A stretch of 64,000 nt of DNA, from contig JAPOYD010000139.1 in assembly GCA_026706735.1 (NCBI GenBank), forward strand, positions 16,956 to 80,955. Reading direction: 5' to 3'. The DNA is from Nitrospinota bacterium. GTDB taxonomy: Bacteria; UBA8248. A program made the translations under genes and the position numbers. How positions within the stretch are numbered: position 1 is the stretch's first letter; the number at the start of each line of letters is the position of its first letter. The notes under the pieces were generated by a model. It saw only the letters and a list, made by a program, of their open reading frames with translations, did not search any database and was not told the origin of the DNA. Of the stretch, positions 30,704 through 41,164 are shown one piece after another.

Positions 30704-31552
30704 ATGGCGCGGGGCGAAGAGCAGATCGGGCCGGGGATCCCCTCCTTCCCGGCGGCGCGCGGCGCGATGATGGTGCTGCTCGCGTTCAGCCTGTTCCCGA
30801 TCCTGTGGATCATGCTCACCTCGGTGAAGAACGAGACCGCCATCTTCAGCATCCCGCCCAAGGTCTTCGTGAGCCCGGATTTCTCCTCGTACTGGAAGTT
30901 CCTGGGCTTCGGCAACGAATCGGCTCTGCGGTTCATCTGGAACAGCACCTTCATCGCGACGATTACGACGTTCCTCACCCTGTTCGTCTCTTCCCTGGCG
31001 GCCTACGCGTTTTCGCGCTACCGTTTCCGGGCGTCGAACTATCTTCTGTTCTTCATGCTGGCGACGCGCCTGCTGCCGCCCGTCACCGCGGTGGTTCCGC
31101 TCTACCTGTTGTTCCGCTACCTCCAGATACTCGACACGCGGTTCATCCTGATCCTCATCTACACCGCCCTCAACATCCCCTTCGGCACCTGGCTGATGAA
31201 GGCGTTTTTCGACGGCATCCCGAAAGAACTCGAAGAGGCCGCTGCTCTCGACGGCTGCGGGGCGCTGCGCACACTGGCGCGGGTGACCTTTCCCCTCGCC
31301 TCCTCAGGGATAGCCGCGACCTCCATCTTCGTCTTCCTGCTGGCCTGGAACGAGTTCATGTTCGCGTTCATGCTGACCAACGTGCACGCGCGCACCATCC
31401 CCGTCCGGCTGGCGGAGACCATGGGCGAGATGCAGGTATTCTGGCAGGACATGTCCACCCTGGCGACGCTGATCATGCTGCCCGCCCTGCTCGTGGGCTT
31501 TTTCATGCAGCGCTATCTCATCCGCGCCCTCACGGCGGGGGCGGTGAAGTAA
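30704..31552 (+). CDS. carbohydrate ABC transporter permease (MalG/UgpE-like)
   Basis: EAAALDGCGALRTLARVTFPL loop. 282 aa. Confidence 0.85.
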   Translation: MARGEEQIGPGIPSFPAARGAMMVLLAFSLFPILWIMLTSVKNETAIFSIPPKVFVSPDFSSYWKFLGFGNESALRFIWNSTFIATITTFLTLFVSSLAAYAFSRYRFRASNYLLFFMLATRLLPPVTAVVPLYLLFRYLQILDTRFILILIYTALNIPFGTWLMKAFFDGIPKELEEAAALDGCGALRTLARVTFPLASSGIAATSIFVFLLAWNEFMFAFMLTNVHARTIPVRLAETMGEMQVFWQDMSTLATLIMLPALLVGFFMQRYLIRALTAGAVK

Positions 31553-31649
31553 TGGCCGTGTTCGGGGTCAAACGCGAGCGAAAAGGGGTTGTTGAAAAAG
31601 TCCCTGAGAGGGTAAAGGCAACCCCCTTGAAAGGGAAACTTCATAAAAG

Positions 31650-31762
31650 CAACCCCCCCTACCCCCCCTTGACAGGGGGGCAAGAAAAAGCAAAGGCCCT
31701 CTGCCCGTCGGGGGTGCATCGCCTTTTTATACCCCCCTGTCAAGGGGGGGTAGGGGGGGTTC
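31650..31762. repeat. ~115-bp G/C-tract palindromic intergenic element, copy 2
   Basis: Near-identical to 6697-6811; centre differs at a few positions. Confidence 0.8.
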
Positions 31763-31910
31763 GTTTTCAGGGCGCTGGAATGACGATCAAAAGCGAGGAG
31801 CAAAACCACCTTTCCGCATTAGATAGCACTCTTGGGGACATCACTCCCCCCGCAAGGCCTTTTTCACCAGCCGCGTTCGGGGCGCGGGGCGCGATGATGG
31901 AGGAGTCGGC

Positions 31911-32987
31911 TTGAGCACCATCAGTATGGAGAACCTGAGCAAGCACTTCGGCAGCGTCCGCGCCGTGGACGAGATCGACCTCGAAGTCGCCGAGGGGGAG
32001 TTCCTCGTCCTGGTGGGGCCCTCGGGCTGCGGGAAGACGACGACGCTGCGCATGGTGGCCGGGCTGGAGTTTCCCACGGGCGGCGAGATACGCGTCTCGG
32101 GCGAGCGCGTGAACGAGATTCCCGCCAAGGATCGCAACATGGCCATGGTGTTCCAGAACTACGCCCTCTACCCCCACATGACGGTCTACGAGAACATGGC
32201 CTTCGGCCTGCGCGTCCGGCGGTTCTCCCAGGGAGACATCGACCGCCGCGTCAAGGAGGCCGCCGCCCTGATGGGGCTGGAGGACCTGCTCGCCCGCAAG
32301 CCCCGCCAGCTCTCGGGCGGACAGCGCCAGCGCGTGGCGGTCTGCCGGGCCATCGTGCGCGACCCGGTGGCGTTTCTCTTCGACGAGCCGCTCAGCAACC
32401 TGGACGCCAAGCTCCGCGTCACCGCCCGGGCCGAGATACGCAAGCTCCAGCGCCGCCTGGGCACGACCTCCATCTACGTCACCCACGACCAGACCGAGGC
32501 GATGACGATGGGAGACCGCATCGTCGTCATGGATCTGGGAAAGATCCTGCAGGTGGGGCCGCCCATCGAGCTCTACGACCGGCCCGTCAACCGCTTCGTG
32601 GCGGGGTTTCTGGGAAGTCCGGCCATGAACTTCATCGAGGGCCGCGCACACCGGGCGGAGGGAGGTCTCGAACTCGAAGCGGGCGCCCTGCGCTTCCCCC
32701 TGCCTGGGATCTGCCGGGAGGGAGAGGCCTACACCCTCGGCTTCCGCCCCGAGCACCTGGGTTTTGGAGACGGCGGGGCGCGCCCCGTATCCGCCGAGGG
32801 GCGGGTGGAACTCGTCGAACCCCTGGGGTCGGACACCTTCGTCGCACTCGACCTGGGCGGAGAGGTCCTCACCGTGAAGGAAGAAGGCCATTTCCGCGCG
32901 CAGGTGGGCGAGCAGATCCGGGTGTTCTTCGACATGGAGAACGCCCACCTGTTCGACGGCGACACCGGAACGCGGGTGGAGGGGTGA
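31911..32987 (+). CDS. ABC transporter ATP-binding protein (MalK/UgpC-type with C-terminal TOBE domain)
   Basis: Walker A GPSGCGKTT, signature LSGGQRQR, Walker B LFDEPLSNLD. Confidence 0.9.
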   Translation: MSTISMENLSKHFGSVRAVDEIDLEVAEGEFLVLVGPSGCGKTTTLRMVAGLEFPTGGEIRVSGERVNEIPAKDRNMAMVFQNYALYPHMTVYENMAFGLRVRRFSQGDIDRRVKEAAALMGLEDLLARKPRQLSGGQRQRVAVCRAIVRDPVAFLFDEPLSNLDAKLRVTARAEIRKLQRRLGTTSIYVTHDQTEAMTMGDRIVVMDLGKILQVGPPIELYDRPVNRFVAGFLGSPAMNFIEGRAHRAEGGLELEAGALRFPLPGICREGEAYTLGFRPEHLGFGDGGARPVSAEGRVELVEPLGSDTFVALDLGGEVLTVKEEGHFRAQVGEQIRVFFDMENAHLFDGDTGTRVEG

Positions 32988-33351
32988 GGGGGGCGTGGAT
33001 GAATCTCCCTCGTTCCACACCTCCGCCTCTTGAGATTCCCTCTTCACCCTGAGTCGTCCTGAACTCCTCGAAGGGGGCGCTCCCCCTCTAGAGTCTCTCG
33101 AATCTCAGCCCCGTGGTTGTCCTTTGCCGGACGGGCGCGCGCGCGATCCTTCGCCGCCGTTTTTCCGTAAAATTCGATAAATTCAGATAAAATAAGATAA
33201 ATTCACGGGGTTTTCCGGTAAATTGTTTTCCCGAAAACACCCCCGCCGCGGGCGCACTCACGCCCTTGTTCGGTACTTTGCCGAGTATACGGGGTCCGGG
33301 CGGAACGCCGTGACGGCAAATGCGGGAAATTGCGCGAAAATGCCTGGTCGG

Positions 33352-34380
33352 CTAGCCGAAGAACAGCTCCGCCGCATCGAAGAAGTCCTCCCGGAGGGTG
33401 TTCACCCTGCCGAGAACCTCCTCCAGCGGAATCGGGGTGATGTCGCGCCCCTGCAGCGCCGCCATCACGCCCCAGGTTCCCTCGTGCGCCAGTTCGCTCG
33501 CCCGCACGCCCAGGCGCGTCGCCAGTACCCTGTCGTAGGGCACGGGGGAGCCGCCGCGCTGGATGTGCCCCAGGATGACGGCGCGCGTATCCACGCGCAT
33601 CCGGTCTCCGACTTCCTTCGCGAGGTATTCGCCGACGCCGCCGAGTTGCACGTGCCCGAACTCATCCACCGCCTGGCTGCGCGTGATGTAGTTCTCGATG
33701 CCCTCGGGCTTCGCGCCCTCGGCCACGACCACGTTGGCGAAGTTGCGCCCGCGCGCGAAACGCGCCTTGAGAACCTCGACGACTTCCTCGATGTCGAAGG
33801 GTCGCTCGGGCACGAGGATGAGGTCGGCCCCGCCGGCGATGCCCGCATAGGTGGCGAGCCAGCCCGAGTGGCGTCCCATGACCTCCAGAATGATGACGCG
33901 ATCGTGCGCCTCCGCCGTGGTGCGCAGGCGGTCGATGGCGTCGGTGATGACGCCGACGGCGGTGTGGAAGCCGAACGAGTAGTCCGTGAAGCCGATGTCG
34001 TTGTCGATCGTCTTTGGCACGCTGATAACGTTCATGCCCTCCTTGCTCAGGAAGGCGGCGACGCTCAGCGTATCATCCCCCCCAATGGCGATGAGGCCGT
34101 CGATGCGCGAAGCGCGCCAGTTCTCCTTGAGCCTCTCAAGCATGGCGGGGTCTTTCGTGGGGTTCGTCCTCGAGGAACCCAGAATGGTGCCGCCCTTGTC
34201 GAGGATGCCGGAGATCATCGGGCCCGTAATCTCGACGAAATCGCCGTCCACCAGGCCGCGCCAGCCGCGGCGGATGCCCAGCGTATGGCTCCCGCGATGG
34301 AAATTCGACGCCGTCACCGCGCGGATAACGGCGTTAAGACCGGGGCAGTCTCCGCCTCCCGTCAATACGCCTAGCTTCAT
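33352..34380 (-). CDS. pfkA: ATP-dependent 6-phosphofructokinase
   Basis: MKLGVLTGGGDCPGLNAVIRAV, GGDDTL, MGRHSG blocks. 342 aa. Confidence 0.9.
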   Translation of the reverse strand: MKLGVLTGGGDCPGLNAVIRAVTASNFHRGSHTLGIRRGWRGLVDGDFVEITGPMISGILDKGGTILGSSRTNPTKDPAMLERLKENWRASRIDGLIAIGGDDTLSVAAFLSKEGMNVISVPKTIDNDIGFTDYSFGFHTAVGVITDAIDRLRTTAEAHDRVIILEVMGRHSGWLATYAGIAGGADLILVPERPFDIEEVVEVLKARFARGRNFANVVVAEGAKPEGIENYITRSQAVDEFGHVQLGGVGEYLAKEVGDRMRVDTRAVILGHIQRGGSPVPYDRVLATRLGVRASELAHEGTWGVMAALQGRDITPIPLEEVLGRVNTLREDFFDAAELFFG

Positions 34381-34733
34381 ATCTCGTGTTTCCTTCTGCT
34401 GAGTTGGGATTCAACTGTTTTTAACGTTCGCGGCATTTTATCACAGCCGGGTTACGATTGGGTGTTGAATGGATTCCGATTGGATGAACGGCCTGCCCGG
34501 CTCCCTGAAAAAGCGCGATTCTACACGAAAATATCGATCGCGAAAGTCGGGCTTACTGGCGGGTCTCGAAATTCAAGTTTGACGGAAACCGCCTTTCGTT
34601 TTAGGATTAATCCCAGCCGAAAAATGAAATAGGAAAGAAAGAAGATTCTGGGTGGATTGTGCGCCCAATGGGGTCGTGGTTGGCCGTTGCTTGATGTCAA
34701 GCGGTCGTTTCATCTCAACGAGAGGAGAGCATC

Positions 34734-35879
34734 ATGTCGAAGAAAGAGTCTCATGAGCATCCCGAAATCATCATTCCCGAATCATCCGATCTCTCGCGCA
34801 GGAGCTTTATCCAGACCCTTGGCGTAGCCGGCGCCGTGGCCGCGGCACCGATGGTGTTGACGACGCGCAAGGCGGACGCAATGAAATGGCCCGCTCGCCC
34901 CATCACGGGGGTGGTGATGTACGCCGCAGGCGGCGGCACGGACACCGTCATCCGCACCCTGTGCGGCGAGATGGCCCGCACCACCGGCTGGCCCGTCAAC
35001 GTCATCAACCGCCCCGGCTCGGTGGGGGGCGTGGCCACCCGTTACGTGCTCAACAAGGCGGCCGACGGCTACACCTGGCTGGGCGCCGGGAACTACAACA
35101 AGTTCGTCCGGCCGATGGGATACACGGATTCGGCGGCGTGGGTGGACTGGCAGCACTTCGCGGCGGCTGCTTCGCTCGCGAGCTGGTCGGTGCGGCCCGA
35201 CTCACCTTTCAAGACCTTCAACGACGTGGTTGCCGCGGCCAAGAAGAAATCCGGCAAGCTCACCATCTCGACTTCGGGCGTGGGCAGCATCTGGCACGAG
35301 GTGGGCGCCACCGTCGCGGACGCAGCGGGCATCGAATTGCGCTTCGTGCCCTACAAGGGCGGAAAACCGGCCACCGTCGCGGGCTTACAGGGCGAGGTGG
35401 ACATCGCAGGCGGCGGCGTGCACGAGCACGTCGAGTTCCTGCGCGCCGGCAAGCTGCGCAACCTCATGCACACGGGGCCGAAGGATCTGGACATTTCCAA
35501 CTACGGGAAGGCGTACACCATCGCCAACTTCATACCCGCGCTCAAGGCCTTGTTGCCGATGGGCGGGATGTACAGCATCGCCCTGAGGCGGGAGACGCCC
35601 GTCGACGTGCTCAACAAGATCAAGCCGGTCTGGATCGCAGCTGCGAACTCCGAGGCCTTCGGGAAAATCGCCACGCGCAAGTACTTCCAGATCGACGTCC
35701 GCGTGGGTGCGGACGCCGACCGCCGGGCCGCGCAACTCGAGTGCCTGAGCGCCGCGACCCTGCTCAAGCTGCAGAAGCACATCGGCAAGAAGGTGCGCGG
35801 ACCCAAGGAACTCGGGCTTCCCGAACCGAAGGATTTCGACGCCTGGTGGCCGCCGAAAGGCTACAAACCTCGCATATGA
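34734..35879 (+). CDS. tctC: TctC/Bug-family substrate-binding protein with Tat signal
   Basis: Tat-type signal SRRSFIQTLGVAGAVAAA; Bug-family fold blocks. Confidence 0.8.
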   Translation: MSKKESHEHPEIIIPESSDLSRRSFIQTLGVAGAVAAAPMVLTTRKADAMKWPARPITGVVMYAAGGGTDTVIRTLCGEMARTTGWPVNVINRPGSVGGVATRYVLNKAADGYTWLGAGNYNKFVRPMGYTDSAAWVDWQHFAAAASLASWSVRPDSPFKTFNDVVAAAKKKSGKLTISTSGVGSIWHEVGATVADAAGIELRFVPYKGGKPATVAGLQGEVDIAGGGVHEHVEFLRAGKLRNLMHTGPKDLDISNYGKAYTIANFIPALKALLPMGGMYSIALRRETPVDVLNKIKPVWIAAANSEAFGKIATRKYFQIDVRVGADADRRAAQLECLSAATLLKLQKHIGKKVRGPKELGLPEPKDFDAWWPPKGYKPRI

Positions 35880-35989
35880 GCTAGACGGCTCATCGCGCAA
35901 TGCCTGCCCCGGACGGGCCGCCCTGGAGACGAGGCGGCCCGCTCGGGGAGGCCGTATTCATTGATTTTGTTCTACGCCGAGAGAGTTGC

Positions 35990-36622
35990 ATGGTTTCCTC
36001 GAACGACGATGACCGCAAGACGCATCCGCCCGCGGATGAACCCGAAGACACCGCCGCCTCCCAATTGCTTTCCGAGGAGGGGGGAGACGCCGTTACCCCG
36101 GGAAGGGACCTGGCGGCGGCATGCGTCGTGGGCGTCGTCGCGATCCTCGCCGTCATCTTCGGGCTGCTCATGCCCAACCCCGAGAAGAACATCTTCACCG
36201 CGCCGGGCTTCATGCCCATTCTCACGGGCCTGAGCCTGCTGGCCATGTCCATCGGCTCGGGAGTGAGCGCGCTCAAACGAGGTGGCGGTTCGGAACTGAA
36301 CCTCTCGCCTGCGGAATTGCTGGGCAGATACTTCGCCGACTATGAGAACCAATGGGCGCTCATCCTGATGGGCCTGGTGGTCGTGTACGTGGTTCTACTG
36401 GACTGGGTGACGTTCATCGTTACGATCCCGTTGATGATAGGAGGTTTCCGGCTCGGTTTCAGCAGCTTCGAGGCCGTCACCATCCCCATGCTGGCCATTG
36501 CCCTGCGAATCTTCTGGCCGAAGTCTTTTCTGCAGTGCCTCGTCGTCGCCGCGATTTCGACGCTGGTTCTGGCCGCCGCGTTCCGCTACGGCTTCCGCAT
36601 TCCGCTGCCGGGTTCGGGGTAG
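35990..36622 (+). CDS. tctB: TctB-like small membrane subunit (ORF extends to 35900; ATG at 35990 preferred)
   Basis: 4 TM helices after an acidic N-terminal tail; gagag RBS before ATG 35990. Confidence 0.6.
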   Translation: MVSSNDDDRKTHPPADEPEDTAASQLLSEEGGDAVTPGRDLAAACVVGVVAILAVIFGLLMPNPEKNIFTAPGFMPILTGLSLLAMSIGSGVSALKRGGGSELNLSPAELLGRYFADYENQWALILMGLVVVYVVLLDWVTFIVTIPLMIGGFRLGFSSFEAVTIPMLAIALRIFWPKSFLQCLVVAAISTLVLAAAFRYGFRIPLPGSG

Positions 36623-36625
36623 GCC

Positions 36626-38110
36626 GTGTTTTTCATCGAGCAACTCATCCTCGCCTGCAACCCTTATCTGGTGTTCATCTGTATCCTGGGCACCATCCTG
36701 GGACTCTTGTGGGGTTCGATGCCTGGCATCTCGACGACCATGTCTATGGTGCTCTTGATTGGCCTCTCCACACAGATGAGCCAGGACGTGGCCATCATGT
36801 TCCTTTTGGGCGTGTATACGGCGAGCGTCTTCGGCGGTTCGATAACAGCGGTGCTCATCAACATCCCCGGCACGCCCGCCGCCGTACCCACGATGATCGA
36901 GGGCTACCAGCTCGCCCAGAGGGGAGAGGGGGGGCAGGCGCTCGGCACGGCACTCGTGGCTTCCTTCCTCGGCAACTGGGTGGGCATTCTGATCCTGGTG
37001 GCGTTCATCCCGCTCATCCTGCTGATCGCCCTGCAGTTCCGTTCCTGGGAGATGTTCCTGCTGGCCCTCTGGGGGATCGCCATCTGCGGCACGCTCACCT
37101 CGGGCGAGGCGCCCATCAAGGGCTGGATATCCGGCTGGCTGGGGCTCCTCATCGCCTTCGTCGGTCTCGACAACATATACGGCGTTCCGCGGTTCACCTT
37201 CGGGAACGTGCTGCTTGAAGACGGCATCAGCTACATCCCGGTGATCATCGGCTTTTTCGGCCTGACCGAGGTGCTCTGGGTGCTGCCCCAGAGGGAGCCG
37301 CCCGTGATCCCCGAAAAGGTGGACCGGGTGGTGCCCCCCTTCAGTATGCTGTGGCGCTATGCGCGCGCCTCGGTGCGATCGGGCATCATCGGCACGGTGA
37401 TTGGCGCCATCCCCGGCGCGGGAGGAAACATCGCCGCCTTCGTCGCCTACGACGTCGGAAAGCGCCGCGCGAAGCCCGAAGAACGCGAAAAATTCGGTAA
37501 GGGAAGTTACGAGGGCATCGTGTGCGGCGAGGTGGCGAACAACGCGTGCATCGGCGGAACCATCCTCCCCACGCTCACACTCGGGATTCCGGGCAGTCCG
37601 CCCGCCGCCGCCTTTATGGCGGCCCTGGAACTCAAGCACGTGATAATGGGCCCCACCATCAACATCGAAAACCCGGGGCTCGTCTACTTCATCTACGGGG
37701 CGCTCATCGTGGCGAACTTCCTCATGTACGTCTTTGGCCTCCTGCTGGTGAAGCCGGCGGTCAAGCTCTACAGCCTGCCCCGCACCTTGTTGATGCCCAT
37801 CATCATCCCCATCTGCATCCTGGGGGCGTACGCGGTGCGCCTGAGCATGTTCGACGTCTACGTCATGCTGGCTGCAGGCTTCGTCGGCTACGCGCTCAGG
37901 AGCCTCGGCCTCCCGCTGGCGCCGATGGTTCTGGCCGTCATCCTCGGTTCGCTGGCGGACGAGAACCTGCGCCGCGCGCTCATCACCTTCGAGAACAAGC
38001 CGTTCTGGTACTTCCTCTCGAGCCCCGTCGGCACGATCCTGATGATCGTCTCGGTGTTCACCTTCTACGACGGTATCTTCCGCCGAGGGCGACCGAAGAA
38101 GAAGACTTGA
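36626..38110 (+). CDS. tctA: tripartite tricarboxylate transporter permease TctA (GTG start)
   Basis: 494 aa with TctA duplicated-domain blocks. Same frame as tctB, with a TAG stop and one codon between. Confidence 0.9.
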   Translation: MFFIEQLILACNPYLVFICILGTILGLLWGSMPGISTTMSMVLLIGLSTQMSQDVAIMFLLGVYTASVFGGSITAVLINIPGTPAAVPTMIEGYQLAQRGEGGQALGTALVASFLGNWVGILILVAFIPLILLIALQFRSWEMFLLALWGIAICGTLTSGEAPIKGWISGWLGLLIAFVGLDNIYGVPRFTFGNVLLEDGISYIPVIIGFFGLTEVLWVLPQREPPVIPEKVDRVVPPFSMLWRYARASVRSGIIGTVIGAIPGAGGNIAAFVAYDVGKRRAKPEEREKFGKGSYEGIVCGEVANNACIGGTILPTLTLGIPGSPPAAAFMAALELKHVIMGPTINIENPGLVYFIYGALIVANFLMYVFGLLLVKPAVKLYSLPRTLLMPIIIPICILGAYAVRLSMFDVYVMLAAGFVGYALRSLGLPLAPMVLAVILGSLADENLRRALITFENKPFWYFLSSPVGTILMIVSVFTFYDGIFRRGRPKKKT

Positions 38111-38251
38111 GGGGTGGGGTTTCTATCCACGCTCGGGTATGCCCGCGCGATTGACATTCCCGGAACAAGCGCATAGCATCGTTGGATATCATTCAAATTT
38201 CATAAACGGCGTTTTCATCGCGCGTAGGGCAAGTGTTTTGGGAGACGGGAA

Positions 38252-38599
38252 TTGAGCGACCGCGAAGCCTGCCTGATCAAGCCCGAAACTCAGAAGCACA
38301 AGGTGCTCGACGGCGGCGCGCAGGCCTGGCGTATGACTTCGCAGGAGGATCACGGCTGGAACGTCGACGCCTGGCTCACGGTGTTCCGCCCCGGCGAGAC
38401 GCATGATTGGCACGACCACGAAGAGGATGAACTCATCTACATCATCGAGGGCGAGGGTCGGTACGAGTTGGAAGATCGGAGCATCGAGTTTCGGGGCGGC
38501 GACTGCATTTTCCTTCCCCGAAAGACGATGCACCGCAGCATGACGGGGGGAGAAAAAGACGTAAAGCTGCTTGCCATATTTCACCCGGCGAGAGAGTAA
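38252..38599 (+). CDS. cupin domain protein
   Basis: 115 aa; two-motif cupin core (HDWHDHEEDELIYIIEGEG ... GDCIFLP). Confidence 0.7.
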   Translation: MSDREACLIKPETQKHKVLDGGAQAWRMTSQEDHGWNVDAWLTVFRPGETHDWHDHEEDELIYIIEGEGRYELEDRSIEFRGGDCIFLPRKTMHRSMTGGEKDVKLLAIFHPARE

Positions 38600-38686
38600 C
38601 AAGGCGCTCTTCGCCGGTTCCGATCGTTTTATCTTTGGTTGACGTAGCAGAGGCAACGGATTCTCTCAAACGTGGAGGAAGATAAG

Positions 38687-39682
38687 ATGAAAAGGTTCGG
38701 CCTGGTTTTGATTGCAACGTTCGTCGTACTGGGAATGTCCTCGAACGCGCTGGCCGCGAAAGGCGTCGTCAAACTGATTCACGACAACACCTCGCACGCC
38801 GCCATCCCCTACATCGCTGAAAAGAAAGGTTTCTACAAAGCCGAGGGCGTCAACGTGCAGCGGCGGGTCACGAGCCCCCGCGCGCTGATCGACGCGCTCA
38901 TCGGCGGCACCGCCGACGTCATCAGCACGCGCGGCTCCCGCGTGGGCCAGATTGCGGCGCGCGGCCTGGACGTGGTGGGCATCGCGCTCAACCGCTACGG
39001 GAACCAGAACATGGTGCTCGTCCCCATGAGTGATAAGACCACCAAGTCGGTCAAAGACCTGAAGGGCAAGACCGTGGGCGCGCAGATGGGTACGGGCACC
39101 TGGGCCACCTGGATGACGTATCTCTCGCGCATCGGCATGTCGGACAAGGACTTCAAGATCCGCAACACCAAGACGGGTTCGCTGCCCGCCGCCTTCGAGC
39201 GCGGCGCGCTGGACGCGGGCCTGACCTGGGAGCCGTGGGGCTCGATTATCGTCGGCAAGGGCCTGGGCCGGATGGTCATGGGACCGAAGGACTATGACGA
39301 TCTTCTCGGCTACACATCGCCGGTGTTCCTGACGACTTCGTGGTCCTACATCAAGAAGAAAAACCCCGACGGCGCGCAGCGCTTCATCAACGCGCACGTA
39401 CGCGCGATGCGCTTCCTGAACCGCAACCGGGATGAGTCCGCGAAGCTGATGCACGAGTTCTGGAAGAGCCAGGGCTTCAAGTTCGACGTGAAGAAGGTGA
39501 AGACGGATCTCTACAAGTTCATGCGATGGGATCGCGCGATGATCACGCACAGGGACATCAAGGAAGTGCAGGACGGCGTGGACGTGAGCGTAAAGAAGGG
39601 CAAGCTGCCCAAGCGCATCGACGTCACCGCGCACATCGATATCACGTTGGTGGAAAACGCCTACTTCAATTTGATGAAGTAA
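38687..39682 (+). CDS. ABC transporter substrate-binding protein, NitT/TauT (NMT1/SsuA-like) family
   Basis: RBS ggaggaag then ATG; signal peptide; 331 aa. Confidence 0.8.
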   Translation: MKRFGLVLIATFVVLGMSSNALAAKGVVKLIHDNTSHAAIPYIAEKKGFYKAEGVNVQRRVTSPRALIDALIGGTADVISTRGSRVGQIAARGLDVVGIALNRYGNQNMVLVPMSDKTTKSVKDLKGKTVGAQMGTGTWATWMTYLSRIGMSDKDFKIRNTKTGSLPAAFERGALDAGLTWEPWGSIIVGKGLGRMVMGPKDYDDLLGYTSPVFLTTSWSYIKKKNPDGAQRFINAHVRAMRFLNRNRDESAKLMHEFWKSQGFKFDVKKVKTDLYKFMRWDRAMITHRDIKEVQDGVDVSVKKGKLPKRIDVTAHIDITLVENAYFNLMK

Positions 39683-39800
39683 AGCGAGAGAGATATACCC
39701 GAACCGTTTTTACCCCTCCGGTGGGCTGATTCTCAGCCTTCCGGAGGGGTGAGAGTGTATTCGTATGTGTATGAAGCGCGCTTGAGGAGAACCGGAAACG

Positions 39801-41150
39801 ATGGATGAGCTTCAAAAGAAAGTCGTCGACGCGGTGGACGAGGATTTCCTCGTGAAAACCACGATGGAACTCGTGGACATACCCAGCCCCACCGGCTACG
39901 AGGAGAATGCCGCCCGCTACATGCACGCGAAATACGAGGAGGCCGGTTTCGAGGCGCACCTGCAAAAGGTGGCCGAGGGCCGCTACAACGCGGTCGGCAT
40001 CTCGCCGGGGACCGGCGGCGGCTATTCCGTGATGTTCAACGGCCATCTGGACACCTCCTATTCCGGCGAAGAACCCGAGCTCACCCAGCCGGGCTACAAG
40101 AACAAGGCGATTCGCGAAGGGGACTGGATTATCGGAAACGGCGCCGCCAACATGAAGAGCGCCGACGTATCCTACCTTGGCGCGGCGAAAGCCCTCCAGG
40201 ATGCGGGCGTGAAGCTCAAGGGCGACATCGTCCTAGCTTCCGTGGCGGGGGAGATAGAGAAAAACCGGATCGACCAGTACCAGGACGTGCTCTACGACGG
40301 CTACGGCGTCGGCACCCGGCATCTTATTTCGCACGGTTATCTGACGGATTTCTGCATTCTTGGGGAGCCGACCGGCATGCAGGTCGCGCCCTGGCACGGG
40401 GGCACGATCTGGTTCAAGGTCATCACGCGGGGGTCGATGGGCCATACCTGTTATGGACACTACACGGCCAGCGCCATCGAGCGGATGGAGCGGGTGCAGG
40501 CGGCGATCCGGAAATGGATTCCCGAATACCGGGGGCGCAACGAGTTCCTGGGCGAGCGGCCCCACGTGAACGTGGCCGCCATCGAGGGCGGGTGGCCCTA
40601 CCGCTGCGCGCGTTCGCCCATCGAGTGCCGCCTGTACGTGGACGTCCGTCTGGTACCGGGACAGACGATTCAGGACGTGCAGGCGGAGTTCAAGGGCGTC
40701 ATCGAGCAGGTGAACGAAGAACACCCCGACGTCGGCGCCAAAGTGGAGGTGTTCTCTTCGCATCCACCCTCGGGGATTCCCGTCGATTCGCTGCCCTCAC
40801 TGGCGATGATCAACGCGCACGAGGAGATCGTGGGCGAGAAGCCCAACATCATCGTGAAGACTTCCTATCTCGACGCCGCCCACATGAACCGCTACGGCAT
40901 CCAGACCATCACGTATGGACTGGCGGGCCGAACATTCAATGCGGATTACGGCTGGAACGCCGATATCGGCGAGCACATCCACGTCGACGCGCTGGTGGAC
41001 ACGACAAAGATATTCGCTCTCGCAGCGCTGGATCTGTGCATGCGGGAGCGTGAGGAAGCCGCCATTGCGCCGGACCCCTACGCGAACCTGCCCGAGCCCG
41101 GACAAATAGAAGCTCTCGGAAGCGGACGAATAACGGCTCTCGGAAGCTGA
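39801..41150 (+). CDS. M20 family metallopeptidase / amidohydrolase (ArgE/DapE/CPG2-like)
   Basis: 449 aa. HLDT metal-binding block; dimerisation insert; E-E pair. Confidence 0.8.
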   Translation: MDELQKKVVDAVDEDFLVKTTMELVDIPSPTGYEENAARYMHAKYEEAGFEAHLQKVAEGRYNAVGISPGTGGGYSVMFNGHLDTSYSGEEPELTQPGYKNKAIREGDWIIGNGAANMKSADVSYLGAAKALQDAGVKLKGDIVLASVAGEIEKNRIDQYQDVLYDGYGVGTRHLISHGYLTDFCILGEPTGMQVAPWHGGTIWFKVITRGSMGHTCYGHYTASAIERMERVQAAIRKWIPEYRGRNEFLGERPHVNVAAIEGGWPYRCARSPIECRLYVDVRLVPGQTIQDVQAEFKGVIEQVNEEHPDVGAKVEVFSSHPPSGIPVDSLPSLAMINAHEEIVGEKPNIIVKTSYLDAAHMNRYGIQTITYGLAGRTFNADYGWNADIGEHIHVDALVDTTKIFALAALDLCMREREEAAIAPDPYANLPEPGQIEALGSGRITALGS

Positions 41151-41164
41151 GAAAGGAAATTTTC

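Noticed and set aside
36620-36628. tctB and tctA in the same frame separated by a stop and one codon: possible readthrough or Sec
   Set aside because: The stop is TAG, not TGA, and both are normal separate subunits of TTT transporters. The same applies to the TAG same-frame junctions at 25167-25169 and 30698-30703.
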